Assembly: GCA_041648735.1 (NCBI GenBank)
Contig: JBAZOO010000010.1
Span: 6,530 to 70,529, forward strand
Reading direction: 5' to 3'
DNA length: 64,000 bases
Origin: Lentisphaeria bacterium
GTDB taxonomy: Bacteria > Verrucomicrobiota > Lentisphaeria > Oligosphaerales > CAITYL01
Position 1 is the stretch's first letter, and each line of letters opens with the position of its first letter. Made by a program: the position numbers and the translations under genes. The notes under the pieces were generated by a model. That model worked only from the letters and a program-made list of their open reading frames with translations, was not told the origin of the DNA and searched no databases. Below, one piece after another: positions 44,887 through 55,138 of this stretch.

Positions 44887-46226
44887 TGTTCCCCACCTTC
44901 CACATCCGCACCTACGGCTGCCAGATGAACGAGCGCGACTCGGAGGCGGCCGCCTGCCTGCTGGAAAGCCGCGGCTTCCGCCCAGTGGCGACGGAGGCCG
45001 AGGCGGACGTGCTGCTCTTCAACACCTGCAGCGTCCGCGACCAGGCCGAGCAGAAGGCCCTCGGCAAGCTCGGGCTGCTCCAGCGGCTCAAGCGGGAGAA
45101 GCCGCACCTGCTGCTCGTCGTCCTCGGCTGCATGGCCCAGCGCCTCGGCGAGGAGCTGCCCGCCAAAATCCCGCACGTGGACCTGGTGGTCGGCACCGAC
45201 CAGCTCCCGAGCCTGCCCGACCGGCTCATCGAGCTGCTGGAGCACCGCCGCCCCGGCGTCTACACCGGCCGCACCAGCGAAGGGATCGAGATGCTCGGCC
45301 TGCACGCACCGGGGAAAATTTCGGCCTTTGTCGCGGTCATGCGCGGCTGCAACATGGGCTGCAGCTACTGCATCGTCCCGGAAACCCGGGGGCGGGAGAA
45401 GAGCCGCGCCGTGGCGGACATCGTGGCGGAAGTGGCGCGGCTGGTGGCCGGCGGCGCCAAGGAGATCATGCTGCTCGGCCAGAACGTCACCGCCTACGGC
45501 GTCAGCGAACTCCGCCAGGCCGGCGGCTACACGCCGGACCAATCGCCCTTCGCCGAGCTGCTGCGGGCCGTCTGCGCCGTGCCGGGGCTGCGCCGGCTGC
45601 GCTTCACCTCGCCGCACCCGCACTTCATGAACGCGGCCTTCGTCCAGGCGCTGGCGGAGCTGCCCCAGGTCTGCGACTCCTTCCACGTGCCGCTCCAGTC
45701 TGGCGCCGACCGCATCCTGGCGGCGATGAAGCGCAACTACACCGTGGCGGAATACCGGCAACGCCTCGCCGCCATCCGCGCCGTGCGCCCCGCGGCCGCC
45801 TTCTCCACCGACATCATCGTCGGCTTCCCCGGCGAGACCGACGCCGACTTCGCCGCCACCCGGGAGCTGATGGCGGAGATCGGCTTCGACATGGCCTACG
45901 TCTTCCGCTATTCCCCGCGCCCCGGCACCCTGGCCGACCGCCGCCTGGCCGACACCGTCCCCCCCGAGGTCAAGGAGGCGCGGCTGAAGCTGCTCCTGGC
46001 CGACCTCGAGCGGCGGGTGCTGGCCCACAACCAGGCGCGGCTCGGCCAGACCGTGGAGATCATGCTCGAAGGGCCGAGCCCGCGCAACCCCAGCCGCTGG
46101 TGCGGCCGCACCAGCGACAACAAGCGGGTGGTCGTGCCGCCCGCGCCGGAGATGGAACCGGGGCAGTTCCGCAGCTTCCGCATCACCCGCGCCACCGCCC
46201 ACACCCTCTACGGCGAACCCGCCTGA
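44886..46226 (+). CDS. miaB: tRNA-2-methylthio-N6-dimethylallyladenosine synthase (radical SAM methylthiotransferase)
   Basis: The start is MFPTFHIRTYGCQMNERDSE (UPF0004 domain). The radical-SAM motif is CNMGCSYC. A C-terminal TRAM domain is present. Confidence 0.9.
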   Translation: MFPTFHIRTYGCQMNERDSEAAACLLESRGFRPVATEAEADVLLFNTCSVRDQAEQKALGKLGLLQRLKREKPHLLLVVLGCMAQRLGEELPAKIPHVDLVVGTDQLPSLPDRLIELLEHRRPGVYTGRTSEGIEMLGLHAPGKISAFVAVMRGCNMGCSYCIVPETRGREKSRAVADIVAEVARLVAGGAKEIMLLGQNVTAYGVSELRQAGGYTPDQSPFAELLRAVCAVPGLRRLRFTSPHPHFMNAAFVQALAELPQVCDSFHVPLQSGADRILAAMKRNYTVAEYRQRLAAIRAVRPAAAFSTDIIVGFPGETDADFAATRELMAEIGFDMAYVFRYSPRPGTLADRRLADTVPPEVKEARLKLLLADLERRVLAHNQARLGQTVEIMLEGPSPRNPSRWCGRTSDNKRVVVPPAPEMEPGQFRSFRITRATAHTLYGEPA

Positions 46227-46279
46227 AGCTGGGGCCTTCGCCGCCGGCCGCTGGCAATCCGCGCCCCCTGTACTATGGT

Positions 46280-46294
46280 TTGCGTAATACGCAA
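46280..46294. promoter_or_regulatory. Perfect 15-bp palindrome TTGCGTA-A-TACGCAA upstream of padR (candidate PadR operator)
   Basis: Read directly. It sits 66 bp upstream of the padR ATG and is immediately preceded by tactat, a possible -10. Its function is inferred. Confidence 0.4.
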
Positions 46295-46359
46295 TCAGAA
46301 GTAGCAGGGCCGCCCGGGCAAGCCGGGTGGCCGGAAACGGGAAGGCAAGCACGGAACCG

Positions 46360-46689
46360 ATGGACGGCTGGGTCACCCAACTGCGCAAGGGACTGCTGGA
46401 GTTCTGCATCCTCAACCTCCTCCGCCGCGGCGAAAGCTACGGCTACGAGATCGTGCGGAAACTCCAGCCGGCGGAGGTGCTCGCCGTCTCCGAAAGCACG
46501 GTCTACCCGATCCTCAGCCGGCTCAAGCAGGATGGTTGCCTGAAGGTTCGCGACCTCCCCTCCCCCGGCGGTCCGCCGCGCCGCTATTTCGCCCTCACCG
46601 CCAGCGGCCGCGCCCGCCTCGCCGAAATGAACGCCTACTGGGGGGAGTTGACCGCCGAACTCGACCGCCTCCGGAAGGGGGAGAAGTGA
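46360..46689 (+). CDS. padR: PadR-family transcriptional regulator
   Basis: The winged-helix sequence is LRKGLLEFCILNLLRRGESYGYEIVRKL....SESTVYPILSRLKQDGCLK...RRYFALTASG. Confidence 0.85.
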   Translation: MDGWVTQLRKGLLEFCILNLLRRGESYGYEIVRKLQPAEVLAVSESTVYPILSRLKQDGCLKVRDLPSPGGPPRRYFALTASGRARLAEMNAYWGELTAELDRLRKGEK

Positions 46690-46809
46690 AATTGTGGGAA
46701 AAAAACCAGGCCTTCCAAAGACGAATCGCCATTGAAAAAACCAACGGCTTGGGCTTTCGTCTGGTTTCGTGTGTTTAGTGGGGAAAATCGAGGAACCGGG
46801 GACGGGACC

Positions 46810-49800
46810 ATGACTCTCGACACATCCATGCAGGACAGGATCAGGACGTATCTGGACGCGGTGGCGGCACAGATCCGCAACCGCCCCGCGGCCGCGCGGC
46901 GCGAACTGCTGCGCGACCTGGAAACGCATCTGCATGACGCACTCCGCGCCAAGGGCGGGGCGAACCCGACCCCGGAACAGCTCGACGCCGTGCTCGCCGA
47001 AATGGATCCGCCGGAGGCCTTTGCCGCCGCGGAGTCCGCAACCACCGCCGCGGGCGGCCCCCAGCCGGAGCCGTGGCGACGCCGGCTCTGCCTGCTCGGG
47101 CTGTGCTTCCTGATGCTGAACGGCGCCTGGTTCGGGCTGTGGCTGCAACGGAACCTCGGCGGCGGCCTGCCGGACACGCAAAAAGCCGAGGCCCCCAGCG
47201 GCGCCGTGAGCGTGACCGGCGCCGAGCCGCTGTCCTGGACCTTTCCCACGCCGATGGTGGAAAAAGACGCCTGCGGCATCCCGCTCAAGACGCCGCCCGC
47301 CAAGATCGCGCCCACCGTGGCCGGCGTCTGGAAATGGGAAGACCCGCTCACCTTGGCGTTTTCCCCCGCGGCGCCGTGGCCGGACTGCTCCCGTTTCCAG
47401 GTGGCGTTCACCGCCCCGCTGCGCACCGCGGCGGGGCGGCGGGTGGAGCCGCCGGAACTCACGACCGTGGCAACGCCGGCGCTCGAGCTGGTGAACGTGC
47501 GACAGGTCGACGTCGAACCGGGCGATTACGGTTACGGTTTCAACATCCGGCTGGAGCTGGAATTCAACGCCCCGCCAGACTTGGAATCCCTGAAGGAATC
47601 CCTCTCCTTCGCCTATCGCGACCAGCAAGAAAGCAAGCCCGCGAATTTTGAGCTGCTCGGGAATGTCCTCGACCGCCGGATCCTGGTGACGGTGACGGAA
47701 AACGAACCCGATCTCCGAACCCTGCGCCTGCAGCTCAATGCCGGCCTGCGCCCGGCCAGCGGCGGCGAACGCGGCCTGGCCAGCGCCGCCACCCGCGAGG
47801 TGCCGTTGACCGATCTTTTCCGGATGGGCGAAGCGGTGGCCTCCAGCCCCGCCTTCGGCCCGTGCGAACTGCGCCTGCGTTTCACCAAGAAACCCGACTT
47901 CAACACGGTCAAGGACGCGGTGGAGATCAAGCCGAAGGTGGAGTTCACCGTCAATCCGGACGGCGGCTATTACAACACGCTGACGCTCACCGGCGTCTTT
48001 GAGCCGGAGAAAATCTATGAAGTGACGGTGCGGACGGCGCTGCGGGCGGAAGGCGGCGCGGCGCTGGTGACGGAAGTGAAGCGCAGCGTGCAGTTCCCGG
48101 CGCGCAAGCCGTCGCTGGCCCTGGCATCGGAAGGGCGCTACCTCTCGCCGCGCGGGAACCTGACCGTCCCGCTCGCGGCCGTGAACATCCCCGCCTGCAA
48201 GATCACCTTGCGCCAGGTGCTGCCGCAGAACCTGCCCTTCTTCGCCCTGCGCGACGGCGGTTGGCGCGGCGACGAGGACGCGGCCAACTCCCTGACCGGC
48301 CCGGCCGTGACCCGGACCGTCGCGCTCAAGGGAAAGGCCAACGCGGAGGTCAAACAGCGGCTGGATCTCCGCGACTTTGCCGGCACCGGCGACCTGCGCG
48401 GCGCGTGGCTGCTCTCGGTGGAACCGCCGGAGGAGATGGCGCGGCTGGACTGGGAACGCCGGCCGTGGCCGGTACACCGGCTGCTGGTGGTCAGCGATCT
48501 GGGCGTCACCGTCAAGACCGGCGCCAAACAGGGCGCCGTGGTCTGGGTCAATTCGCTGCGGGATGCGCAGCCGGTCGCCGGCGCCCAGGTCGTGCTCTAC
48601 GGGAAGAACAACGCCGAACTGGCGCGCGGCCTCACCGGCGCCGACGGCGTGGCGCGGCTGGAGGCGGACACCGCCAAGCCGGAAGCCCAACCGTTCCTGG
48701 TGACGGCGGCGGCGGGCGCCGACTTCACCTTCCTGCCCCTGCGGAAGTCGGAAGTCCAGCAGCTAGGGGACACTGGCGGCAAAGAGTGGCTGGCCACGGA
48801 CGCCGTGGAGGCGGCGCTCTTCACCGGCCGCGGCATCTACCGGCCCGGCGAGACGTTGCACGTCAAGGCGTTGGTCCGCAACCGAACCCTCGACGCGCCG
48901 CCGCCATTCCCCGCCGTGTTCCGCATCTTCAAGCCGGACGGCAAAGTCTTCCGCGACCTCCCGGTGACGTTGAACGACTTGGGCGCCGCGGAAGGCGAGG
49001 CGGAACTGCCAACCTTCCTGCCGACCGGCGGCTACCGCGTCGCCCTGGCCATGCCGGGAACCTTCACCGTCCTCGGGGAGACCGCAATCCGGGTCGAGGA
49101 GTTCGTGCCGCCGCAAATCACGGTGGAAATGGAGAAGCTGCCGGAGCGCGCCGAGACTGGCAAGCCGTTCACCTTCGAAGTCGCCTCGCGGCACCTGTTC
49201 GGGCGGGCGGCGGATGGGCTCCGGGCCGAGGCGCGCGTCGTGTTCGAAGCGGTGGAGTTCCGACCCAAGCAGTGGCCGGGCTGGCGGTTTGCGGATGACG
49301 CCCGGAGCTGGAGCACCACCCGGCGCGAATTGGGGAGCCAGACCCTGGATGCCGACGGCAAGGCGGTGTTCACGGTGGAGGCGCTGGGCGACGTGCGGCC
49401 GCCCGCCACCCTGGTCGCGCACCTGCACGCCACGGTGCTGGAGCCGGGCGGGCGGCCAGTGTTCGCCTACCGGCGGGTGCCGGTGGATCCCTATCCGTAT
49501 TACCTTGGCCTCAAGCTCGACACGGACGGCGGGCACCTGCGCCTCGGCGAGACCCACAAGGTGCAAGTGGCCGCGGTGGCGCCCGACGGCGCCAAGGCCC
49601 GGCCGCAGACCAACCGGCTGAAGGCCATCCTGACCCGCGTCTACTGGAACAACACCATGCAGCGCAACGACAGCGGCAGCTACGCCTGGCGTTCCGAGCG
49701 CGTCTACCAGACGGAAACGGAAGGGACCGTGGAACTGGCGGACGGCACCGGCGGGTTCGCCTTCGCCCCCCAACAGGCCGGCGAATACCGGCTGACGGTG

Positions 49801-52602
49801 AGCGATCCCTTCACCGGCGTCTCCTCCAGCGTCGCCTTCCTGGCGGCGGCGCCGGACCAGAGTTGGGTGAGCTGGGCGCATGACCAGCCGGACCGCGTCG
49901 AGCTGAGCTTGGACAAGCCACGCTACCGCCCCGGCGACAAGGCGAAGCTGGCCATCAAGGCGCCGTTCAGCGGCCCGGCGCTCCTGACGCTCGAAAGCGA
50001 CCGCGTGCTCGAGCACCGCCGCCTCGTGATCGAAAAGAACACCGCCGAAATCGAGCTGGATGTCCGTGCGGAGTTCGCCCCCAACGTCTACGCCACGCTC
50101 AGCCTGATCCGGCCGGCGGTCGCGGAAGCCGTCTGGTCGGCGCACCGGGCCGTGGGCGCCGTGGCGCTCAAGGTCGAACCGGCGGACCGGCGGCTGAAGG
50201 TGGAACTGACGGCACCCGCGGAAATCCGGCCGCAAACCGACTTGACGGTGCAGCTCCAGACCCGCGACGAACAGGGGCGCGGCGTGCCGGGCGAAGTCAC
50301 GCTCATGGCCGTTGATGAAGGCATCTGCCAATTGACGGACTACCAGACGCCCGAGCCGCTGGCGGAATTCCTGGCGCAACGGCGGCTGGCAGTGGCGCAC
50401 AGCGACCTCTACAGCCTGCTCATGCCGCCGCTGGCGGACGAGGCGGCGGACGGCGCGGCCGCCCACCCCGGCGGCGACGCAGCCGCCCGCCTGCTCATGC
50501 GCCGGCTCAACCCCCTGCGCGCCAACCGCTTCAAGCCCGTGGCCCTGTGGCTGGGGACAGTGCCCACCGCCGCGGACGGCCGCGGCGCGGCGGTGCTGAA
50601 AGTGCCGGAATTCACCGGGCAGCTCCGGCTGATGGCAGTCGCCTACGACCGCGCCCGCCTCGGCGCCGCCGAACAGCCGGTCAAGGTGAAGCGGCCGCTG
50701 GTCGTGCAGCCGGCGCTGCCGCGCTTCGCGGCGCCCGGGGACCGTTTCCAGGCCAGCCTCGTGATCTTCAACGAGACCGGCGCGCCGCGGACCGTCACCT
50801 GGCGCGTGACCTGCGGCGGCCCGCTCGCCGCGGCGAAGCCGGAAGGCGTCCTGCAACTTGCCGCCGGCGCGTCGCAACAGGTGCCGGTGGAACTGACGGC
50901 CGGCGCCGTGCCGGGCAAGGCGCTCTGCACCGTGCAGGTGACGGCCGGCACGGAACGCTACGAAGAGACGATCGAGCTGCCGGTGCGTCCCGCCGCCGCT
51001 CCCGTGACCCTGGCCTTTGCCGGCAGCCTCGCCCCGGGCGCCGGGTTCGTCCAGCCCGTCCCCGCGGAACTGATGCCGGAAACGGCGCACTGGGAAATGC
51101 AGGCCGGCGGCCAACCGGAAGTGAAGCTCTTGCGCAGCCTGGACAGCCTCCTGCGCTATCCCTACGGCTGCCTGGAACAGACCACCTCCTCGGCCTTCCC
51201 GCTGCTGGTGCTGGAAGACCTCGTCTCGACCATGCGGCCCCAGGCGCTGGCCAGGGGCGAGCCCGCGCCGTTCGTCAACGCCGCGATCCTCCGCATCCTG
51301 GCCATGCAGACTTCCGACGGCGGCTTCAGCATGTGGCCAGGCAGGCGCGACTCCGCCGGCTGGGCCGGCACCTATGCCACCCATTTCCTGGTGGAAGCAA
51401 AGAAGGCCGGGTACGAAGTGCCGGGCGACCGGCTCGCCCTCGCCATGGAGTGGCTGCGCCGGCGGCTTGACCAGCAGGTGCGCCGCAATGAAAACCCCAA
51501 TGACCCCATCTGGCAGGACGAGATGGAGGAGCGCGCCTATGCCTGCCTCGTGCTCGCCCGCGCCGGCCGGCCAAACCACAGTTGGCTGGCGCGCCTGCAC
51601 GAATTGCGCGGCAAGCTGCGCACCGGCGCCAAGGTCCAGACGGCTCTGGCCCTGCTCTACGCCGGCGAGCCGAAGGCCGCCGCCACGCTGCTGGACGCCG
51701 CCGCCGCTCCCGCGGAGTCCGCACCCGCCACCGCCGCCACCGCCCCGGCCGCTGGCGCGCCGCCGCCCGCAGCCGCCGCGATGAGCGTGCCGGCGAGCCG
51801 GACGCGCGACCTGGCGCTGCTGCTCGCCGCCCGGGTCGAACTCGACCCGCGCCATCCGCAGGTCGCCGAACTCGTGACGCGCCTGGACCAGGCGATGAAG
51901 AACGGACACTGGTACACGACGCAGGAGGACGCCATGGCCCTGCTGGCCCTCGGGAAATACGCCCGCGCCCTACCGGCGGACAAGACGCCGTTCCAAGCCA
52001 CCCTGACCGTGGACCGGAACGCCCCGCCCCAGCGCTTCGACCGCGACCACCCGCTGGCCTGGGCTTCGGCCAAGCCGGGCGAAGCCGCGCAAGTCGCGCT
52101 GAAGAACGACGGGCCGGGCACCTGCTTCTATTCCCTGCGGCTCGAAGGCGTCCCAGCGCACGGCAGGGTTGCCGAGGGCGACTGGGGCGGGCTGAAGGTA
52201 CGGCGCGAGTTCCTGGACGGCCAGGGGAAGCTCCTCGCCAAATCCGAATGCGCGCTGGGCGACCGCGTGACGGTGCGGCTCACGCTGGAAAGCGACAACT
52301 GGATTCCCAACGGCCTCGTGCTCTGCGACCTGCTCCCGGCCGGCCTGGAGATCGAGAATCCGTCAACGCCGCCGGAGGGGCAAAGCAACGCCCACGACTG
52401 GGTGCTGTACCGTGATGTGCGCGACGACCGGCTGCTGCTCTTCACCGGCTGGTTCCCCGCCGGGACGCGCAGCTACACCTATGCGGCGCGCGCCGTGACC
52501 GCCGGCCGCTTCCGCCTGCCGGCCGTCACCGCCGAAGCGATGTACGACCCCGCCATGCACAGCGCCCACGGCCAGGGCGAACTGGCCATCCGGGAGAAAT
52601 AA
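46810..52602 (+). CDS. Bacterial alpha-2-macroglobulin (thioester-containing) with N-terminal DUF1700/HAAS-like helical module and a single TM anchor
   Basis: About 1930 aa. The N-terminus is MTLDTSMQDRIRTYLDAVAAQIRNRPAAARRELLRDLETHLHDALRAKGG...LAEMDPPEAFA, followed by the TM helix LCLLGLCFLMLNGAWFGLWL. MG-domain repeats follow. The thioester motif is YPYGCLEQTTSS. It has an A2M receptor-binding-like C-terminus. pbpC follows, as in the classical yfhM-pbpC pair. Confidence 0.85.
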   Translation: MTLDTSMQDRIRTYLDAVAAQIRNRPAAARRELLRDLETHLHDALRAKGGANPTPEQLDAVLAEMDPPEAFAAAESATTAAGGPQPEPWRRRLCLLGLCFLMLNGAWFGLWLQRNLGGGLPDTQKAEAPSGAVSVTGAEPLSWTFPTPMVEKDACGIPLKTPPAKIAPTVAGVWKWEDPLTLAFSPAAPWPDCSRFQVAFTAPLRTAAGRRVEPPELTTVATPALELVNVRQVDVEPGDYGYGFNIRLELEFNAPPDLESLKESLSFAYRDQQESKPANFELLGNVLDRRILVTVTENEPDLRTLRLQLNAGLRPASGGERGLASAATREVPLTDLFRMGEAVASSPAFGPCELRLRFTKKPDFNTVKDAVEIKPKVEFTVNPDGGYYNTLTLTGVFEPEKIYEVTVRTALRAEGGAALVTEVKRSVQFPARKPSLALASEGRYLSPRGNLTVPLAAVNIPACKITLRQVLPQNLPFFALRDGGWRGDEDAANSLTGPAVTRTVALKGKANAEVKQRLDLRDFAGTGDLRGAWLLSVEPPEEMARLDWERRPWPVHRLLVVSDLGVTVKTGAKQGAVVWVNSLRDAQPVAGAQVVLYGKNNAELARGLTGADGVARLEADTAKPEAQPFLVTAAAGADFTFLPLRKSEVQQLGDTGGKEWLATDAVEAALFTGRGIYRPGETLHVKALVRNRTLDAPPPFPAVFRIFKPDGKVFRDLPVTLNDLGAAEGEAELPTFLPTGGYRVALAMPGTFTVLGETAIRVEEFVPPQITVEMEKLPERAETGKPFTFEVASRHLFGRAADGLRAEARVVFEAVEFRPKQWPGWRFADDARSWSTTRRELGSQTLDADGKAVFTVEALGDVRPPATLVAHLHATVLEPGGRPVFAYRRVPVDPYPYYLGLKLDTDGGHLRLGETHKVQVAAVAPDGAKARPQTNRLKAILTRVYWNNTMQRNDSGSYAWRSERVYQTETEGTVELADGTGGFAFAPQQAGEYRLTVSDPFTGVSSSVAFLAAAPDQSWVSWAHDQPDRVELSLDKPRYRPGDKAKLAIKAPFSGPALLTLESDRVLEHRRLVIEKNTAEIELDVRAEFAPNVYATLSLIRPAVAEAVWSAHRAVGAVALKVEPADRRLKVELTAPAEIRPQTDLTVQLQTRDEQGRGVPGEVTLMAVDEGICQLTDYQTPEPLAEFLAQRRLAVAHSDLYSLLMPPLADEAADGAAAHPGGDAAARLLMRRLNPLRANRFKPVALWLGTVPTAADGRGAAVLKVPEFTGQLRLMAVAYDRARLGAAEQPVKVKRPLVVQPALPRFAAPGDRFQASLVIFNETGAPRTVTWRVTCGGPLAAAKPEGVLQLAAGASQQVPVELTAGAVPGKALCTVQVTAGTERYEETIELPVRPAAAPVTLAFAGSLAPGAGFVQPVPAELMPETAHWEMQAGGQPEVKLLRSLDSLLRYPYGCLEQTTSSAFPLLVLEDLVSTMRPQALARGEPAPFVNAAILRILAMQTSDGGFSMWPGRRDSAGWAGTYATHFLVEAKKAGYEVPGDRLALAMEWLRRRLDQQVRRNENPNDPIWQDEMEERAYACLVLARAGRPNHSWLARLHELRGKLRTGAKVQTALALLYAGEPKAAATLLDAAAAPAESAPATAATAPAAGAPPPAAAAMSVPASRTRDLALLLAARVELDPRHPQVAELVTRLDQAMKNGHWYTTQEDAMALLALGKYARALPADKTPFQATLTVDRNAPPQRFDRDHPLAWASAKPGEAAQVALKNDGPGTCFYSLRLEGVPAHGRVAEGDWGGLKVRREFLDGQGKLLAKSECALGDRVTVRLTLESDNWIPNGLVLCDLLPAGLEIENPSTPPEGQSNAHDWVLYRDVRDDRLLLFTGWFPAGTRSYTYAARAVTAGRFRLPAVTAEAMYDPAMHSAHGQGELAIREK

Positions 52603-52615
52603 GCGGCAGGCGACC

Positions 52616-54967
52616 ATGAGCGGACGAACACGGACCAACACGGACAGGCACGGACGGGGACGGCGCTGGCGGCGCGCAGTCTGCCTCGGCCTGGCGGGCG
52701 GGATCGCGGCCGGGGCGCTGTTCGCCGGCGCATGGTTCGCGTTCCCCTTTCCGCGGGCGGAACTGGAACGCTACCCGCGGGCCACGGTGCTCACCGACCG
52801 GACCGGCGCGCCGCTGCGGGTCAAGCTCGGCCCCGGCTCCGCGGACTGCCGGCCGCTGCTCCGGCCGGATCCGGATTCCTGGATCGCCAAAGCCGTGGTC
52901 GCCACGGAGGACCGGCGGTTCTGGCGCCACCCCGGCGTGGATCCGCTGGCCATCCTGCGCGCCATCTGGCAGAACCTCACGCACCGGCGGCGCATCTCCG
53001 GCGCCTCCACCCTCACCACGCAGCTCATCCGCCAGCTTGACGACCGGCCGCGGACGCTCCCCACCAAGATCAGCGAAGCCTTCCGCGCGCTCCAGCTTGA
53101 GCGCCTCCTCACCAAGGAGGAAATCCTCGAGCAATACCTGAACCGGGTGCCGTTCGGCTCGAACCTGACCGGCATCGAGGCGGCCAGCCGGCGCTACTTC
53201 GGCAAGGATCCGCGGCAGCTCAGCCTGGCGGAGGCGGCGCTGCTGGCGGGGTTGCCGCAGTCGCCCACCCGGCTGCGGCCGGACCGCTTCCCGGACCGGG
53301 CCAAGGCGCGGCAGGCCGTGGTGCTGAAGCGGATGCGCGCCTGCCGCATGATCACCGCCGCGGAACAGGCGACGGCCCTGGCCCAGCCGCTGGCGGTGCG
53401 GACAAACCGCTATCCGTTCCGGGCACCGCACTTCTGCGACCTCGTGCTGGAAAATCTCCACGCCGGCGCCCCCGCCCCCGTGCGGGACCGCGGCGACGCC
53501 GCCTTCACCCGCCGCACCACGCTCGACCCGGAACTCCAGCGGCTTGTCGAGGCGGAAGTCGCGCGGCACCGGGACGAGTGGCGCCGGCAGGGCATCGCCG
53601 GCGCGGCCGTGGTCATGCTGGAAGTGGAAACCGGAGCGGTGCGCGCCCTCGTCGGCTCGCCGGACTACCACGACCGGGAACACCACGGACAGGTCAATGC
53701 CGCCCTGGCGCCGCGCTCGCCGGGTTCGGCCTTGAAACCATTCTTCTATGCGCTGGCCATGGACCAGGGGCGGCTGACCCCAGGGCGGGTGCTGGCCGAC
53801 GTGCCGCGGCAGTTCCGCAACTATTGCCCGGAAAACTTCGACAGCCGTTTCACCGGCCTCGTCACGGCCCGCGAGGCGCTGGTCCTTTCCCTGAACCTGC
53901 CGGCGCTGGCGGTGCTGGAAGAGGCCGGACAACCGGCCGCCCTCCAGATGCTGCGCCGCCTCGGCCTGGACACCCTGGATCGGCCGGCGGAGCATTACGG
54001 CCTCGGCCTGGCCGTCGGCGACGGCGAGGTGCGGCTTCTGGACCTGGCCAACGCCTACGCCGGCCTGGCCCGCGGCGGCATCTGGAAGCGGTGGCGCGTG
54101 CTCGCGGACGGCGGCGGCGCGCCACCGCCGCCAATCCGGGTTTTCTCGCCGGAGGCCTGCTGGCTGGTCGCGGACATGCTCGGCGGCGACGAGCGCGCCA
54201 TGAGCGCCACCGGGCACCGGGCCGACGTGATGAGCCTGCCCAAGTTTGCCTGGAAAACCGGCACCTCGGCCGGGTTCCGCGACGCCTGGACCATCGCTTG
54301 GAATCCCCAGTGGGTCATCGCCGTCTGGCTGGGCAATCCCGACGGCCGCCCCGCCCCGGCCCTCGTGGGGACAGAGGCGGCCGCGCCGCTGGCCTGGGAA
54401 CTGGTGCGCGAACTCTACCGCAACGGCGACTCGCCGTGGTACGTGCGGCCGGCCGGCGTCCAGTGCCGCGGCGTCTGCGCCGTCAGCGGCCTGCCGCCGG
54501 GGCCGCATTGCCCGCAAACCATTGCGGACGACTGCATCGCCGGCGTGACCCGCCACGAGGTCTGCGGCGTCCACCGCCTGCAAGTGCTCGCCCGCGACGA
54601 CGCCGGCCGGCCGGTGCGGACGGCGGTGCGCGAGATCTGGCCACCCGAAGTCGCGGCGTTCCTGGCCCAGGCAAAACCGGCGGCAAACAAGCCGACAGCC
54701 ACGGCGGGGCCGCGCATCCTTTCGCCGGCCCGCGGCACGGTCTTCCGGCTGGTGGACGGGGCGTTGGCGGAATCCCAGCGGCTGAACCTCCTCGCCGCTC
54801 CCGGCGACGGCGGGGACGGCCGCCTTTTCTGGCTGCTCGACGACCACCCCCTCGGAGAAAGCGCCGGCGCGGCGCCGCTCGCCTGGCCCCTCGCCCGCGG
54901 CCGGCACCGCCTCGTCTGCAGCGATGCCCGCGGCCGCTCCGACTCCGTCGAAATCACCGTGGAATGA
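52616..54967 (+). CDS. pbpC: Penicillin-binding protein 1C (bifunctional GT51 / transpeptidase-like)
   Basis: The GT51 motifs are ATEDRRFWRHPGVD and GASTLTTQL. The transpeptidase motifs are SPGSALKP (SxxK) and WKTGTS (KTG). A C-terminal PBP1C-specific domain is present. Confidence 0.9.
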   Translation: MSGRTRTNTDRHGRGRRWRRAVCLGLAGGIAAGALFAGAWFAFPFPRAELERYPRATVLTDRTGAPLRVKLGPGSADCRPLLRPDPDSWIAKAVVATEDRRFWRHPGVDPLAILRAIWQNLTHRRRISGASTLTTQLIRQLDDRPRTLPTKISEAFRALQLERLLTKEEILEQYLNRVPFGSNLTGIEAASRRYFGKDPRQLSLAEAALLAGLPQSPTRLRPDRFPDRAKARQAVVLKRMRACRMITAAEQATALAQPLAVRTNRYPFRAPHFCDLVLENLHAGAPAPVRDRGDAAFTRRTTLDPELQRLVEAEVARHRDEWRRQGIAGAAVVMLEVETGAVRALVGSPDYHDREHHGQVNAALAPRSPGSALKPFFYALAMDQGRLTPGRVLADVPRQFRNYCPENFDSRFTGLVTAREALVLSLNLPALAVLEEAGQPAALQMLRRLGLDTLDRPAEHYGLGLAVGDGEVRLLDLANAYAGLARGGIWKRWRVLADGGGAPPPPIRVFSPEACWLVADMLGGDERAMSATGHRADVMSLPKFAWKTGTSAGFRDAWTIAWNPQWVIAVWLGNPDGRPAPALVGTEAAAPLAWELVRELYRNGDSPWYVRPAGVQCRGVCAVSGLPPGPHCPQTIADDCIAGVTRHEVCGVHRLQVLARDDAGRPVRTAVREIWPPEVAAFLAQAKPAANKPTATAGPRILSPARGTVFRLVDGALAESQRLNLLAAPGDGGDGRLFWLLDDHPLGESAGAAPLAWPLARGRHRLVCSDARGRSDSVEITVE

Positions 54968-55138
54968 GGGGAATCAGGATTTCCGATTTCCGACTGCCGA
55001 TTTCCGAATCTCCGGTCCCCGTTTCCGGCGCCCCGGCGCCGGCGGCGGCCGATTGGAGGGCCGGCGGGTATAGTAGAGGGCATGAGGCCAAAACATGGAC
55101 GCCCCCGCGCCGGGGGGCGGCACAGGGGGAGATCCGCC

